Source: Acidimicrobiales bacterium
GTDB lineage: Bacteria > Actinomycetota > Acidimicrobiia > Acidimicrobiales > JAUJNH01
Assembly: GCA_043739605.1 (NCBI GenBank)
Contig: JAYUDU010000308.1
Location: 1-27,803 of the forward strand
Direction: 5' to 3'
Length of the DNA: 27,803 bases
The notes under the pieces are model-generated. The model made no database searches, was not told where the DNA came from, and saw nothing but the letters and a program-made list of their open reading frames with translations. Numbering within the stretch: the stretch's first letter is position 1; every line of letters begins with the position of its first letter. This document shows, piece after piece, positions 26,854-27,803 of the stretch. The translations under genes were made by a program, and so were the position numbers.

Positions 26854-27708
26854 GTGGCGCTGACGCCCGGCGAGGTGACGCCCGAGGTCGCCCGCAAGAC
26901 ATGGAGGACGCTTGAGCCGTTCCACGGGCTTGTGTACTTCGCGAAGGAGGCCACCGCGGCCTACGAAGCGTTGGGCATCATGGGCTTCGACGGCTACTTC
27001 GCCAGCCGCGCCGCGCCGATGGGTGCGGTGTCCGCTCCGGTCGTCGAGGCCACGTTCTTCAACTTCCATCCGAGCGTCGTGCGCCACTCCATCCCGGCCG
27101 CATGGGACAAGGCCACGCCGGCTCATGTGCTCGAGGCGAGGCACGTCGGCATCGACGCCGCGCTCCGGCGCTGCGCCGGTCCGGACATGGCCGACAGCCC
27201 CGAGGTCGCGCGAGCGGCCGAGCTGGCACGCATCGCCGCAGAATCCGCCAACGTCGACGGCCGCACCTTGGCGGCCGCTCACAAGGCCATGCCGTGGCCC
27301 GATGCCCCGCACATCGCCCTGTGGCACGCCATCAGCATCCTCAGAGAGCACCGCGGCGACGGCCACATCGCGATGTTGGTGGGCTCTGGCATCAGCGGCG
27401 CAGAGGCGCTCGTCTTGCACGGTGCCACTGGCGAGGTTCCGTCGGCCGCGCTCCAGGGCAGCCGGCAATGGCCCGCCGTTGAGTGGGCCGCGGCCGTCGC
27501 TGCTCTCGTCGATCGTGGCCTCGTTGATGAGGCCGGCTCGTTCACCGACGAGGGACGCCAGCTTCGCGAGACCATCGAGGGGCGCACGGACGTGCTCGCG
27601 GTCCAGCCGTGGACTGCGCTTGGCGCGGAGGCATGCGAAGAGCTCCGCGCCCTGGTGCGCCCGTGGAGCAAGGCGATCCTCGCCAGCGGGAGCTTCGGCC
27701 TGCGATAG
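26854..27708 (+). CDS. SCO6745-family protein (function unknown)
   Basis: 'TLEPFHGLVYFA', 'YFASRAAPMG', 'ATFFNFHP', 'LREHRGDGH' match the recalled family pattern. Start GTG 26854 (4 nt after the SDR stop) or GTG 26875. Confidence 0.7.
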   Translation: MALTPGEVTPEVARKTWRTLEPFHGLVYFAKEATAAYEALGIMGFDGYFASRAAPMGAVSAPVVEATFFNFHPSVVRHSIPAAWDKATPAHVLEARHVGIDAALRRCAGPDMADSPEVARAAELARIAAESANVDGRTLAAAHKAMPWPDAPHIALWHAISILREHRGDGHIAMLVGSGISGAEALVLHGATGEVPSAALQGSRQWPAVEWAAAVAALVDRGLVDEAGSFTDEGRQLRETIEGRTDVLAVQPWTALGAEACEELRALVRPWSKAILASGSFGLR

Positions 27709-27803
27709 GTGGGCCGGGCATCGCGGTGACTAGTCACATCGGATCATTTCGACAATAGTCCTCAAGGGGACGACGTTTCGTGCCATAGGTGCGTCAAGAT
27801 GTT

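Overview
High-GC actinobacterial chromosome segment. Acidimicrobiia is plausible but is inferred from gene content and style only. About 27 genes, many apparently monocistronic. Lipid/acyl-CoA functions dominate: partial WS/DGAT, enoyl-CoA hydratase, MaoC dehydratase, acyl-CoA dehydrogenase, three SDRs, a sterol-desaturase-family protein and an alpha/beta hydrolase. Also present are an amidase, DinB-family, Rv2466c-like and CMD/AhpD-family proteins, a divergently arranged OmpR-type two-component pair, a stand-alone nuoH-nuoI pair, an MBL hydrolase, an FtsX/MacB-type permease with no ATPase gene in the window, an ATL-like protein, an aldB-DUF779 unit with a divergent GAF regulator, and an SCO6745-like gene. 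I found no rRNA, tRNA, CRISPR array, integrase or transposase. No complete novel system is demonstrable from this window alone. The best leads are: (1) a secreted protein ending in a PEP-CTERM-like VPE-TM-RRRRR tail rather than LPXTG; (2) a (CCCAG)7(CCCGG)2 microsatellite giving nine GGG tracts on the sense strand (G-quadruplex candidate); (3) orphan nuoHI of the second complex-I-like type; (4) a zinc-ribbon SDR with both hallmark motifs altered, sharing a perfect 9-2-9 palindromic operator with a divergent MBL hydrolase. Many start codons were moved downstream of the ORF-track starts using TAnnnT leaderless-promoter or RBS evidence. Family calls come from motif recognition, not database searches.
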